Source: Lingula anatina (taxonomy: Eukaryota > Animalia > Brachiopoda). Taken from it: DNA of 64,000 nucleotides. This document shows positions 26,539 through 39,100 of the stretch, in pieces. The notes beneath the pieces are model-generated. The model made no database searches, was not told the origin of the DNA, and saw only the letters and a program-made list of their open reading frames with translations. The position numbers were made by a program, and so were the translations under genes. Every line of letters starts with the position of its first letter. The first letter of the stretch is position 1. The DNA lies in contig CM120642.1 of the NCBI GenBank assembly GCA_051362555.1, forward strand, positions 17,484,001-17,548,000. Direction: 5' to 3'.

Positions 26539-28504
26539 ATGTCAGCGTTTGTGATATTTGTGGCAATACTTTCTGTGGCGTCATCTGGAGCTACGGTGCA
26601 AAAGCTAGCAGTATTAAACACTGAATTTGGGTTGGCTATTTACAAGCAGTTGACCGCCGATCCAGAGGTTAAAGACATATTTTTCTCGCCTATTAGCATC
26701 TCCACCGCTTTGGTCATGCTACAACTGGGCACTAACGGCACAACTGAAGATCAGATAAACCGTGCGATGAAATTCGACACACTCAGCCAAAACGAGAACG
26801 TTGCTGCTCTTTTCCGCGACCTGAACGCTAAACTTAATAATGCAAGCAACAACTACACGTTGAAATCCGCCAACAGGTTCTTTGGAAGCAAACGTTTTCC
26901 ATTTCGACAAACATTCCTTAGCGACATGCGAGACTATTTTAATGCAGAACCTGAGTCTGTGGATTTCATGGCAAATCCAGAAGGGTCTCGCGTGCATATT
27001 AATGACTGGGTAGGAAATCAGACAGATGATAAGACCAAAGAACTTATGGCAAAGGGAACAGTTACCAAAAGCACTGTATTTGTTTTGGCCAATGCCATCT
27101 ACTTCAAAGGACAGTGGAATATGTCATTTAACTCCACTATGACATCTTCCTTACCTTTCAGAAGCAAAGGGCAGGAGGTAGGTCTGCCTACATTTTGGTT
27201 ATTCATGCTAGTTTTTTTTTAAATGCTCACACGCCTAAAAAAAGAAAAAAACAAACATTTTGCATACATATTATCCCGTATTACTTTTTACTTGAATATC
27301 TTTATTTTCTAGTATGACAGAGCCCTACTGTAGAACACTGTTTACACGACCGTCTCGGGTATTCGTTCTAATCTTCAGAAAAGTGATCACCTGAATATCA
27401 TATTAATTATATTTCATAATATAGTTGCCAAATTAATTTCTGAATGCTTCTCGGAAGTACAGCAACAAGTTTCAATACGGTGCGTTATTCTGATTTTAGG
27501 CAAAAGTTTCGATGATGAAAATGTTAGGCCAGACACACCGTTATGGTAAAAGCACAAAATGGAACTGCCAAATACTAGAACTACCGTATACCGGAAATGT
27601 CAGCATGTTGGTCTTTCTCCCCAATGAGCCCGACGGCCTTCCTCAGCTTGAGAGTGCAATCAACAGTATCGAGCTTAACTCCCTGGTAAAAAATCTGACC
27701 AAAAGGCCAGTGGACGTCTATTTGCCCCGATTTGAACTCAAGAACGTTTCCATAAAGCTTGCGGACCATCTGAAGAAACTTGGTATGACGGATATGTTTG
27801 TTGACGGGAAAGCAGACCTGAGTGGTATAGGCGGTGCCCCAGGACAATTGTTCATATCTACAGCTGTTCATCAAGCATATGTTAAAGTGGACGAAGAAGG
27901 TCAGTGAAGAAATTTACAGTGTCACTTACCATTAAACATCTTTCTTTGAAAATATATCATTACTTCATTTTCGACTTTTCAAATCGTTAGTGTCCAATGA
28001 CTGGATATAAAACTTGAACGTAAAATAGTGCACGGTACTACATTGTACTACTTGGCATCATATCATGTAAAAACATAATATCGTATAATATCATGCCGAG
28101 GTTTATTGATAAAATGCCTGTCAATTCCAAGTTCTTGTATTGAATGAAATTGATGATATTTCTTTATAACAAAAAACAAATAAAACCTACGGCCACAGGG
28201 TATTTTCAATTGCAGCACACATTTTATATATGGAATGGACTACCTTCACACATTCAGACTATTAATAGTGTTGAAGTTTTTAAAAAAGACTTGAAAACTA
28301 AAACGTGATACTTGAAATTATATATTTTCTCATATTATCAGAAAAAAGTTTTTTTGTTTAGACCATTACTATTATAACCAGCATTGATCATTTTAATTGT
28401 TTTATTCACCTAAGCTTTTATTATTTATATAATTACTTGTAATTCTGATAATTTTATTTGTAAACAACACTGAGACGGTAGTGTAGTGCGGTTTTTAAGA
28501 AATG

Positions 28505-28580
<76 letters not shown>

Positions 28581-29290
28581 TTGCAATATACCTATACCTA
28601 TACATAAAATTGCATATTCGTTGCAATCCACAGCGTGCACTGATGTGACTGTGCATAGACAAAGATATAGAATACATCAGCGGATTATTGTGTACTGAAT
28701 TCATTATCATTCTTTGTATTTGAACACCCTGGGCGGCTGTAACAGGTTATCATCAATGAATGATGCAATTGTTTGGGGAAAATTGTGTTATTTCATATAA
28801 ACTAAAGGGTGTTGATACTGTAATCAAAATAGCTTGATATTTAAACGCCACTTGATTAATGATTAACACGGTGTTTGTTATTTTATGCCTCTGTTTATTG
28901 TAACATTAATATTTTATTTCAGCTGGAATTTTTATTATTAAATTTACCTTTTAATTCAGAATTCATTTCTCTGAAAAATATTTATATACTGGTTAAGTGT
29001 GCAGTATTTGACAATTTAATCACACGTATGTTACAGGGACTGAAGCCGGTGCAGCGACAGGTACGGGAGGGGCCGCAACCGTCAAACCCCCTGTCTTCAG
29101 AGCGGATCATCCGTTCATGTTCATGATACGGGACAATATCACTGAAACTATACTCTTTCTGGGGAGACTCCATGAACCACCCGGAAGGAGCTTGCAACTC
29201 GGCCTGAGCGACTCCTCTGCGAGCCAGTCAATGGCAGACTGGTTTTTACTGACTTTGTATTTTTTCTTTGCGATGTACTTGGGCGTTTAA
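26539..29290 (+). CDS. Serpin 1 (3 exons, 430 aa) with signal peptide and C-terminal hydrophobic GPI-signal-like tail
   Basis: Exons 26539-27177, 27500-27899, 29037-29290. Motifs FFSPISISTAL, NAIYFKGQW, LELPY, VYLPRF, VDEEGTEAGAAT hinge, FRADHPFMFMI..LFLGR. Confidence 0.93.
28180..28550 (+). mobile_element. 3' remnant of a CR1/L2-type LINE in serpin intron 2 (copy about 59090-59480)
   Basis: WNGLPSHIQTI(N/D)SVEVFKKDLKT matches the C-terminal motif of CR1/L2 ORF2 and is followed by an (AAT)n tail. Confidence 0.65.
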
Positions 29291-30610
29291 TGTTCTTTCA
29301 TCTGTGGATGTCCATTAATTGAACTGGTTGGTAAAAAATGATGCATTTGTTTCTCTGTTATAAAGCTTATATTATAAATAGCATATTTACATTGTGTTTT
29401 AGTTTTTAGTGTTATTATACCCAGATATGTTTTGACGTTATGTTTAAATTCACGTCTACACTAGGATTAAAAAAGTCTACAAAATATCAATGTAGCTCTT
29501 GATCATCAAAGCACTTTGGTGTTTGTTTATATTAGATCATTTAAACTAAAAAAAAATTAAATAAGTTTCTGTTTTAATCTGGTTAGCCTTGATAAAGACT
29601 CCCACGTGTGTTTCCCGTGGCGGACAACATACAAGAATATCTGACTTTTAGTTGCTGTTTAAAGACTGTTTACAAAGTGCTCGAATGCATTACATACAAT
29701 GTAGCTGAGGGAATTCTACTAAGAATTATAGTTCTCCGTCTTGGCTGAATATTGGTTAGGAAGAAGCTATATTTTACCAAAATGAAAGCCGCAAGAAAGT
29801 CTTTGTCCAAGTGATAAATGTACGTAAATTTGATTGTTAAGAAAAAAAAAAAAAAAAAAAAAAAAAAAGAAAATCCTCCACCCAAGTGACTCGCTTATTA
29901 TAGTGGATTTGGATTAATGTACTGCTCGAATTGTTTTCATTACCCCCCCCCCCCCCCTCCTCTCCTGAACAGAAGTCTGGATATGCCACTGTTTGCAGGG
30001 TACAGGGTCATTGTGAGACATTTGTTCTCAAAGAAAAGTTTCCGGCAGTTTTACATAGGGTCAGGGCTGTTAACTATAGATTTCAAGCTAGGTTCATTAA
30101 TCCTGCCAACAATAGAATTAAAGCCGATTAAAACATCCATTATAGCCTTACATAAAATTGGAAGTTTTCTCAGCAAATATACTATCGTGTCTTCTTTAGC
30201 CAACGGCTGAAAAAGTGCATTTTAGAATTAACGTTTTTGCATCCAAAAAGGAAAGGTATTGCAGATGGAATACAGCAGTATCAAAGGCTCATTCCACCTT
30301 ACTTTCTAAATTTATGTCTGTTTAAATAAAAAAAAAACTACCAAACAGGTGTGATCGGACAGTCACTATCGCAGTTGGGGTTTTTACATTTAACTTTAAG
30401 TGATACGACTTATACGTAGGGTGATAGAAAGTGAAGTATACAGTTAAGTTCCATAGGAATATCACATAATCGTTATTGCACTAGGACTGACGCACCATTT
30501 TATCGTAAATACCTACTCTGTCACTGAAAACAGGCAAACAACCTGATTAAACAGTTCCCTATTTTGCCGTTGGTGTGGCAGTAAGACCAACATTCACTGC
30601 AGTCTTGTAA

Positions 30611-32822
30611 GGCAGTTTTTTTTAATAACCTGTTTCTCAAGCTCCGCCGACATCAAAATGGCCAAAATAGAAAAAAAATAAAATTGAAATCAAAAATATT
30701 TTTATTTTTTCCCCGACTTCCGACTGATCGTACTGTTCGATCGTAAACACGAAACTTAACAAGTTTCACTGGACTCCCGCGTCACATGACTGCCTACAAG
30801 TTCAAAACGAAGGGTATTTAAGCCAAAGTAAACGATTGGTTCATTTCCCCCAGCTTCCGGTTTTTAAGCCAATCAATGCTTCGCTGATATTTTACACTGC
30901 ATTTGTCAAATTAATGCAACATGGCGGGAGACGCATACTGGAGTAGCTTTCTCTACTTAAGCAGGAAATTGACCACTGTTGTGTGGCTCAGTGTTATAGT
31001 GAAGGAAGGACCAAAGATTTTATGCAAAAAGGTCTGTCCGGCCAGTGTTACAGACGTTTTAGGCCATTTTATTGACTGCTTTCTGTCAGAAATGAAAATA
31101 TCAACTGCAACACTTGTCACGTGTGGAAGGTTTTAACAGGGAGCAAAAATAGGTTCTGAACTGAATGTAAGAATGCCGGTCACTACGGTGGTAGATATTG
31201 ACATTAAGTGCATTCAGATAACAGTTGGCAGTGAACATCAAAAGATGCAGGCTCAACTAAACTCTCCAAGAACATCCAAATACAGAGCGCATTGGATTTT
31301 TAATGCAGCACTCGCGTAGGCCTACTTCTGAAAGTCTCCAGAAATGATGTGAGTATTTTTTTTTTTCGTTTTATCAGTCTAGAGTGTCATAGTTTTTTAA
31401 GGTGAATGTATTTTAGGCATTGATATGTTGGTAAATAAATTTCCTTTTTTGCACTTTCACAAAAGCGTATGTTAAATGCTAATTGCTCGCTCACAGCAAC
31501 AGATGTTTCTATAGGCTACTGAAGCAACGTGTCTTTGACATTTTTTTTTATTAAATTAAGGCAGGTAATAGCTGTAAATTATCATGTGCTTTGGATAATG
31601 AGCCTGTCAACATGAATTCATAGTTCAATTAAGTTTTCCACCAAGTTTTTAAGGCGTATATAGATATTAAGTTTAACCATGCCTGTATCCAGCAATTTCA
31701 AAAGAAGGTTCTTTTTCTGAAAAAGTGATTCATTTAATTACCATAAAACCTTCATGCACCTAGATCAGTTTTGATCCAGAGCAGACCTTTTCCTGATAAA
31801 AAGGGTGGATCATTCAATAATATTGAATAAGTTAAGTTGTTGCTGCCATTTAGATTTAATAAAAATTAAGACCACAGTTCCATAACAGGCCATATTACCC
31901 TTGCTGGTTTTTGTATTTTCAACAATCTGGCTAAGCAATTGTTTGCTGTCTTTTGAATTATGCAATTCCTATGCAGCTAAGAGAAGGCACACATCCAACT
32001 CAGTTAACTTATCTGAAATATTTTTTTTAGTGAATCCCCAAGTAATGCAAGGCAGGCAATGTATAATTCCACCTCGCAAGTAGTGGAAGACTTCAATCTT
32101 TGTCTTCGGGCTGGACAGGCCAAAAATCTTGGAAAAAGCATAGCAGAGACACTGACAGAGGAGCTATGGTATAGAAGCCCATATGCAGAGTGAGACTGGC
32201 TAGTTTAGTGCAGCTGCCATAGTGACCATTTAAGGAAGGCCATTTAATAAGATGATTCTCAAACTTATTGAAAGATTCAAAGGTCTGAAATATAGCCTGA
32301 TTGGATTCTTTTTATGGAAGTTATGCTGTTTTTATGAAATGGTCATTTTTCATATACATGTATTGGTATTTTCAGTGTGGGACTTGGAACTCACATGGGC
32401 ATGAAGCCATATTGTTTCTGGATGACCATGTTACTTGAAGTAGATAATTTAAATTTGATGAATTTCCACTTAATCATTAAATCATACATAATATTGCATC
32501 AAGATTAACAAAAAACTGTTTTGTGCACTGCCATCGTGAATGCATAGAAAGGCAAACTGTGTTTTTTGTTTTGTAATTTACAAGAATGATTCGTTGAATT
32601 GACATTCATTTAGACAAATAAAACATTGAAAAGGAATTGCTGTTTTTATCCAAAAATTGCTATACCGTGTTAAAACCAGTATTTACCATTGTTTAATGTA
32701 GTTTTGAAAATGAGTGACCAAAAATTCATTATTTTGAAAAATATTTTTTATTTTTTTCCCCCCTCCGACCTCTGACAAAAATAAAAATCGTTCGAGAAAC
32801 AGGTAATTTAAAAAAAACTGCC
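30611..32822. mobile_element. Non-autonomous TIR DNA element with TAA TSD (PIF/Harbinger-like)
   Basis: TAA|GGCAGTTTTTTTTAATAACCTGTTTCTC ... GAGAAACAGGTAATTTAAAAAAAACTGCC|TAA. No intact transposase inside. Confidence 0.75.
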
Positions 32823-34373
32823 TAACACAAAGTACTTGGTTTTGCTGGGGATGCTTTTCGGTCCCGCACTCCTTTATCAAAATAGTTTCGCGACTTTTCT
32901 CTGGTCCGCCCGGCGCCCTCTGGTTATAAACATCTCAGATGGAGATCACTACACTAACTGTATATGTCTCTGTCGCTTTTGGTGACAAATGTCCTTCTTG
33001 TCATTCCTTCTTCAGTATATAGCCGACACTTTCCGTATTCATCATGTCAATCTCTTACCTGATAATATTCAGGGATCTTATTCAATAACTTTTATGATGA
33101 TTGTGCAATTTAAAATTTGGGAATTTAAAAATATTTAACAAAAAATGTTTATTAGCTTGGTGGTTGTTCATATATGATAATTATAAAAACTAAAAAAAAA
33201 AACAACAAGCTGGAATATTTTCATACCGTTGGCCCATGGCCAACCTTGAGGTAGGGCTTCAACAGACTGATGTGAGTAGATGTTATAACTCACTGACCAC
33301 TTAGTAGTGTAGCGGCCAGGACACAAATGTTTTGTTCAAATTAATATTTATTTTACGTTATTTTATTTGTTTATTCATTTGCCAAGAACACGAATGCTTA
33401 CACCATGAACGATCCTTCAAGGTGATAACTGTTAGAAAGTTCTTATATCAGCATCATGGTTGTGACACTTAATTGCCTCACAGTCAAAATAAAGTGTTTA
33501 GCCCTCAATATTTCTTGTTTCTGTTGTCTTTATTGTATATAGCGCGAGTGTCACGGCATTAAAACATAAAGTATACTGATGTTAAATACGGCGATATAAC
33601 AGTATGCATCATTGCTTTGTTAATTACATCATAGTCCTTTGATATTTAAAGTGAGCGTTTTCTACTAACCCATTGTTAGGCATATTGTGATATCTGATAT
33701 GTCAGAAAAGATTAACTAGTAATTGCACTCTTTCAAAATAATGGTTTTATATAAGCTGTATTTCTCTTTGATTTCTACAGAGGTAAAGAAGGTAAAGGAA
33801 TGTCCATTAAATTGAAAGGACACCACCAAATGTCGCCAAATTTACACACAATTATCATTAGAATATGCTCGATATAGGTTCCATGTCTAACAGCGTGTGT
33901 CTACCCGTGCAGCGGTTGCAAATAGTTCAACTGTCAAGCAATTTAATGGCTCTTAATGGCTGAATGTTTCCCGGTAATGCCAACAAAATGTAGATATTAT
34001 ACGTTAATTATATCTTTAAAATTCAGTTCATTTTAGGGACTACAACTAAAGGACTTATTTTCAGCAATAAAACACATGCGTGTAGTCTCAATCTCTACGG
34101 CCCTTTTCTGTTGAGCGATACACTTTTCTATACCAGTTTAACTGGTCTGAACACGTAATTACGCATTACTGATTAATTAGATGCATTACTGATTTATTAG
34201 ATGCAGGAAAACATCATTTTCGGTATCGATGGCAATAAAGGTTACAATAACCTATAGGCGATCTATCTTACGTTACTGCCTGCATGGCTACATAGTTGAC
34301 ACACTTTCAAACTAGTATCATACAGAAAAGTGTACCGCTCGAGGTGAAAAGGGTATTTAACTCTTCCAATATT

Positions 34374-34993
34374 TTACCCAATCAAACTGCCAGACTTGAC
34401 GTTACAGTCTTTGCCTGTGTAGCCAGGGTCACAGGCACATTTATAGTCGTTAACCAAGTCAATACATGTGCCATACCAGCATGGATAGCTGTTGCACTCA
34501 TTTTCCTCAGTCTCACACTTCTTCCCGATGAACCCAGCTTGGCAGCGACACACGTGGCCGTCAGTGGGACTGTAGTCACATCTACCTCCGTTCTTACACA
34601 GGCATCGCTCACAGCGGGTCCCGGTCCACAACTTAGGGCACGTGCAATTGAAGGTCCCATCGAGCTGTGTGATACAGCGTCCGCCATGAAGACAGGGGGA
34701 GCTGGTGCAAGGGTTGACACGGGTTTGACAATGGGTTCCCTTGTGGGTGGCCGGACAGGTGCAGTTGTAGCCCCCAAGCTTCGGAGCGCAAGTGGACCCA
34801 TGCTGACATGGGTTGGACTGACAGAAATCGATTAGGTTTTCACAATACTTGCCAGTGTAAAATGAAGGACATATACATTGGAAGTCACCGAGCTTGTTTT
34901 TAAACGTACCGGTAGCGCCATAATCAGTCTCCTTACATTGTGCGCCGCTTTTGCAGGGATTTGCAGAACATGGTGCTGTTGTAGATGTACTTC
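34374..34993 (-). CDS. 5-EGF exon of remnant gene E (possible terminal exon of gene D)
   Basis: Acceptor TTTTCGCAG, phase 1, open frame GSTSTTAPCSANPCKSGAQCKETDYG..CNVKSGSLIG*. The first EGF is homologous to the furin-loop EGF of C/D but has a shorter loop. Confidence 0.75.
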
Positions 34994-34999
34994 CTGCGA

Positions 35000-35611
35000 A
35001 AAAGACAACAGCATTAAATCGATCCCAGTCAGGACACGCTTACAAATCAGCCAATAATTTAAAGACGACTATTTTAACTCATAAAACCGGTAAAGTGTAC
35101 GAAGAACTAGTAATTATAAATTGCTGTCAATGTTTTGAATGCATACCAGTTGTTATTTTTTCGCCAATATTTTCCCAGCTGTCTCTTTAAATCCTGTAAA
35201 CACGAGCTGACTTTGATAACATAACCCCAATAACTGTGGTAAATGTACTCTCTTAAAGTGTATTTAGAAGGTACATGCCACATGTACATACACGTAAGCT
35301 ACAAACTATTGTGCAATACATGTTATACATATAGCAAAACAGTACTAGTACAGTACAAGGTATTCTGGGCCATTGTGCCATATTATGTAATTGTGTTTCT
35401 ATATATTTTATGATTCCTAAGGGTAAATAGCACCTATGGATATTTCTACGTTATATTCCAAAATACTGACCACGAGTTTGCTTCCTGTCGAAATGATAAC
35501 TTGTTAAATTGTGACTGTGGACTACTAGCTTGCGTCTTGCCCAAATGCTAAGTTTAAAAAAAATCAAATGTTTACATAGAAATATGAAAGATACCTTGTG
35601 TATATTCGTCT
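35000..35611 (-). pseudogene. Remnant of gene E: first intron and truncated first-exon end
   Basis: 35170-35595 resembles 23480-23955 (intron 1 and donor CAAG|GTATC of gene C). No signal peptide or CTLD exons are present, and there is an in-frame stop just upstream. Confidence 0.55.
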
Positions 35612-35869
35612 CTGTATCCTTATTTGTGACACAGTGATGCGAATTTTTGGGTATTTTCAGAAGATTTTTTTATAACCTATTATTAATTAAATTTAAATTA
35701 CCTAACGGTATACCCAGCCTTCATTCCCAGCCTCGGGCCAAACGTAGTGGACGTTTTGAATCATGGCTGCTAAGAACAGCACTATCATGCCCCCCATGCC
35801 TATGGTAAATATACTGTTTGATCATGTCAATATAAACCATTTATCAGTGCGATACTGATAAATACCTTA

Positions 35870-36084
35870 GCCTGCACTCCCATAGATTTAGATCAATCTA
35901 TCTAGATCGGCCTAACTCCCTGGAGGTTCACGCTAAATTGCTGTCAGCCGAGCGCGCACGGTAGTTAATTACCCCCTTACAGCTTTTAGTAGGCGGGATA
36001 GACATTTAAGCCGGCTAAGCTGACAGTAATCTAGTGAGACTCCCCACAGGGATAGATCGATCTAAAATCTGTGGGAATTGGGTC
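35870..36084. mobile_element. Tourist/Harbinger-type MITE, TTA TSD
   Basis: TTA flanks both ends. Same family as 46921-47135 in opposite orientation. Confidence 0.75.
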
Positions 36085-36154
36085 TTAGACTGACATGAGC
36101 TTTATAAGCTTCAAAAATTTATATTCAGTCCCCATGTTGTTTTCTAGCACTCAC

Positions 36155-39100
36155 CATTGGGTCGAATACATTCATAGCCCCCGTTAAAAGGTTGACAAAT
36201 CATTGGTTGTCCTGGTTCTTTTTCTGGGCATGGGTTCGGATCGCAAGGATCTTGAAAACATTAGAAACACACGTGATGCCAAATGTTAAATTATTTATAC
36301 ATATTAGCTTATTACAATAAAGAGGATGAGAAAATAATTAAATCTAATACTAATTGAAACGGAGACCACAACGTTCCCACCTTATCGCAATGTATTCGTG
36401 TCAACTGATGGTGAGTTGTTTCCAATGCAGCGTGGTGACGTTCTGCCCTTCACCTTGTTGAAGACCTTTCGATAAGGTCAAAACGTCTTGATCTCCATTT
36501 CAACGTAAGGTTTTAGTTTTATTTTCTCATTATCTCAGTATAATTTAACTTGATGAATTAAAGTATTCACTTTCCGTTCATTTCCAGTTCCATTATCTTT
36601 TCAAAGTTAGAACAAATCAAATGGTTACTTTAAATAATGTACATTTCTAACATATTAAATGTCTTATCCAGCTAGCTTAAAATTCTTGGTACTAAAAGTA
36701 GGTAAATGGTAATCTTAATCTATTTTAGACAAATAATTTTATCCAATTTTAAGATGTACGTATACTCCTTTAGTCAATGCATATATACCCACGTTTTGTC
36801 GCCTTTGTAACAGTCGTGGTGGACAGAGTCGTGGTGGTACTGGTAGTTAGTAATACTCCACACGTGTATCCACTGTAACCAACAGGACAAATACATGTGT
36901 ATCCGTCCACTTTATCCACACATGTACCATCATTTAAACACGGGTTGGAGGAACATTCATCAATGTCTATCAGGCAGGTTGGTCCCGCATATCCAGCTGG
37001 ACAGAGACAAGTAAAATTGTCAATTCCGTCGAGACACAGTCCTTTGCTGCAGGGGTTAGACGCACATTCATTGACGTCTGTCTGGCATATAGTCCCTGTA
37101 TAACCAACTGGACAGTTACACGTGTATCCGTTTACACCATCCAAGCAGGTACCTCCGCTACCACAGGGATTAGATGAACATTCATCGACATTGGATTCAC
37201 AATGCAAACCAATATATCCCGCTAAACAATTGCATTTGTACATGTCAATATCGTCGGTGCAAGTTGCGCCGTTCTTACAAGGGTTGGAGGCACATTCGTT
37301 TATGTTGATTTCGCAGGTGAGACCAGCAAAACCAGAACCACACATACAAGTGAAACTGTTTATACCATCGAAACAAAGACCATTCTTACACGGATTAGGG
37401 GTACACTCGTCTATATCAGTCTCACAGTTTGGTCCTGTAAATCCCGCTGGGCATTTGCAGATGAATCCATTGATTGCATCTTTGCAACTGCTGCCATTTT
37501 GGCAAGGGTTTGATTTGCACTCATCAACGTTGGTTTCACAGCTATAGCCTGAAAACCCTGCGGGACACGTGCATGTATACTCATTCACGCCATCCGCACA
37601 CATTCCTCCATTGAGACATGGGTTGGATGCGCATTCGTTTATATCGATTTCACACAAAGAACCAGTATACCCTTCCGGACATACACAGTTATACCCGTTA
37701 ACGCCATCTACACATGCTGCTCCGTTTTGACAAGGATTAGACGCACATTCGTTTACATTGGTTTTGCATGTACGGTCGGCAAATCCAGGTTTGCATGCAC
37801 ATGTGAATCCATTCACACCATCAATGCATGTTGCACCATTCATGCAAGGGTTAGATGCACATTCATCGACATTGGTTCCACATATTGGGTCGATAAAACC
37901 AGGTTTGCATGAACATGTGTATTCATTCACACCATCAATACACGTTGCATCATTCTTGCAAGGATTAGATGCACATTCATCGATATTGGTTTTGCATGTA
38001 CGGACCGTAAAACCAGGTTTGCAGGCACACGTGTATTCATTCACACCATCAATACACATTGCACCATTCATGCAAGGGTTAGATGCACATTCATCTACAT
38101 TGGTTTGGCATGTAATACCGGCAAATCCAGGTTTGCATGCACATGTAAATTCATTCACACCATCAATACACGTTGCACCATTCATGCAAGGGTTAGATGC
38201 ACATTCGTCTATATTGGTTTGGCATGTAAGACCGGCAAATCCAGGTTTGCATGCACATATAAATTCATTCACACCATCAATACACGTTGCACCATTCATG
38301 CAAGGGTTAGACGCACATTCGTCTATATTGGTTTGGCATGTACGGTCGGTAAAACCAGGTTTGCAGGCACACGTGTATTCATTCACACCATCAATGCATG
38401 TTGCACCATTCATGCAAGGGTTAGATGCACATTCGTCTGTATTGGTTTGGCATGTAAGACCGGCAAATCCACGCAAACATGTACAGCTATATTTGTTGAC
38501 GGCGTCTCTACATGTACCACCATTTTGACAAGGTGACGATTTGCATTCATCTATGTTAAATTGGCAGTTATGGCCAGTATATCCTCTTTGGCAGGTACAC
38601 GTATAGCCGTTGATCTCGTCTTTACATAAACCGTTGTGTTGACACGGGATAGATGCGCACTCATCAATGGCAAACTCACATAACGGACCGGTCCATCCAC
38701 CACGGCAAGTACAACTGTAGCCATTTACAGCGTCATTGCACTTACCGCCGTTCTTACAAGGAGTAGAAGAGCATTCGTCTATGTCTATCTCACACGTCAA
38801 ACCCCTAAACCCCGCCACACAATTACATTTGAATTCGTTGACTTTATCGGTACAGAAGCCTCCATTTGTACAAGGTTGAGAGGCACATTCGTCTACATTC
38901 GTTTCACATTGGACACCTGTAAACCCAGCTGGGCAGGTACACTGAAATCCATTGACTCTGTCGACACATCCACCACCATTTTTGCAAGGACCAGAGGCGC
39001 ACTCGTCGATGTTTGTTTCACAACGTTTGCCAGTGAAGCCAGCCGGACAGATGCACGTGTATCTATTCACTGCATCTATGCAAAGTCCTCTGAGACATGG

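Noticed and set aside
28486-28710. Poly-N/Y/I ORFs (also 59423-59656 and 24562-24762)
   Set aside because: Translations of microsatellites.
29037-29100. Serpin as the furin inhibitor controlling the KRRKR loop of the neighbouring gene
   Set aside because: The RCL has no R-X-K/R-R motif; P4-P1 is GAAT.
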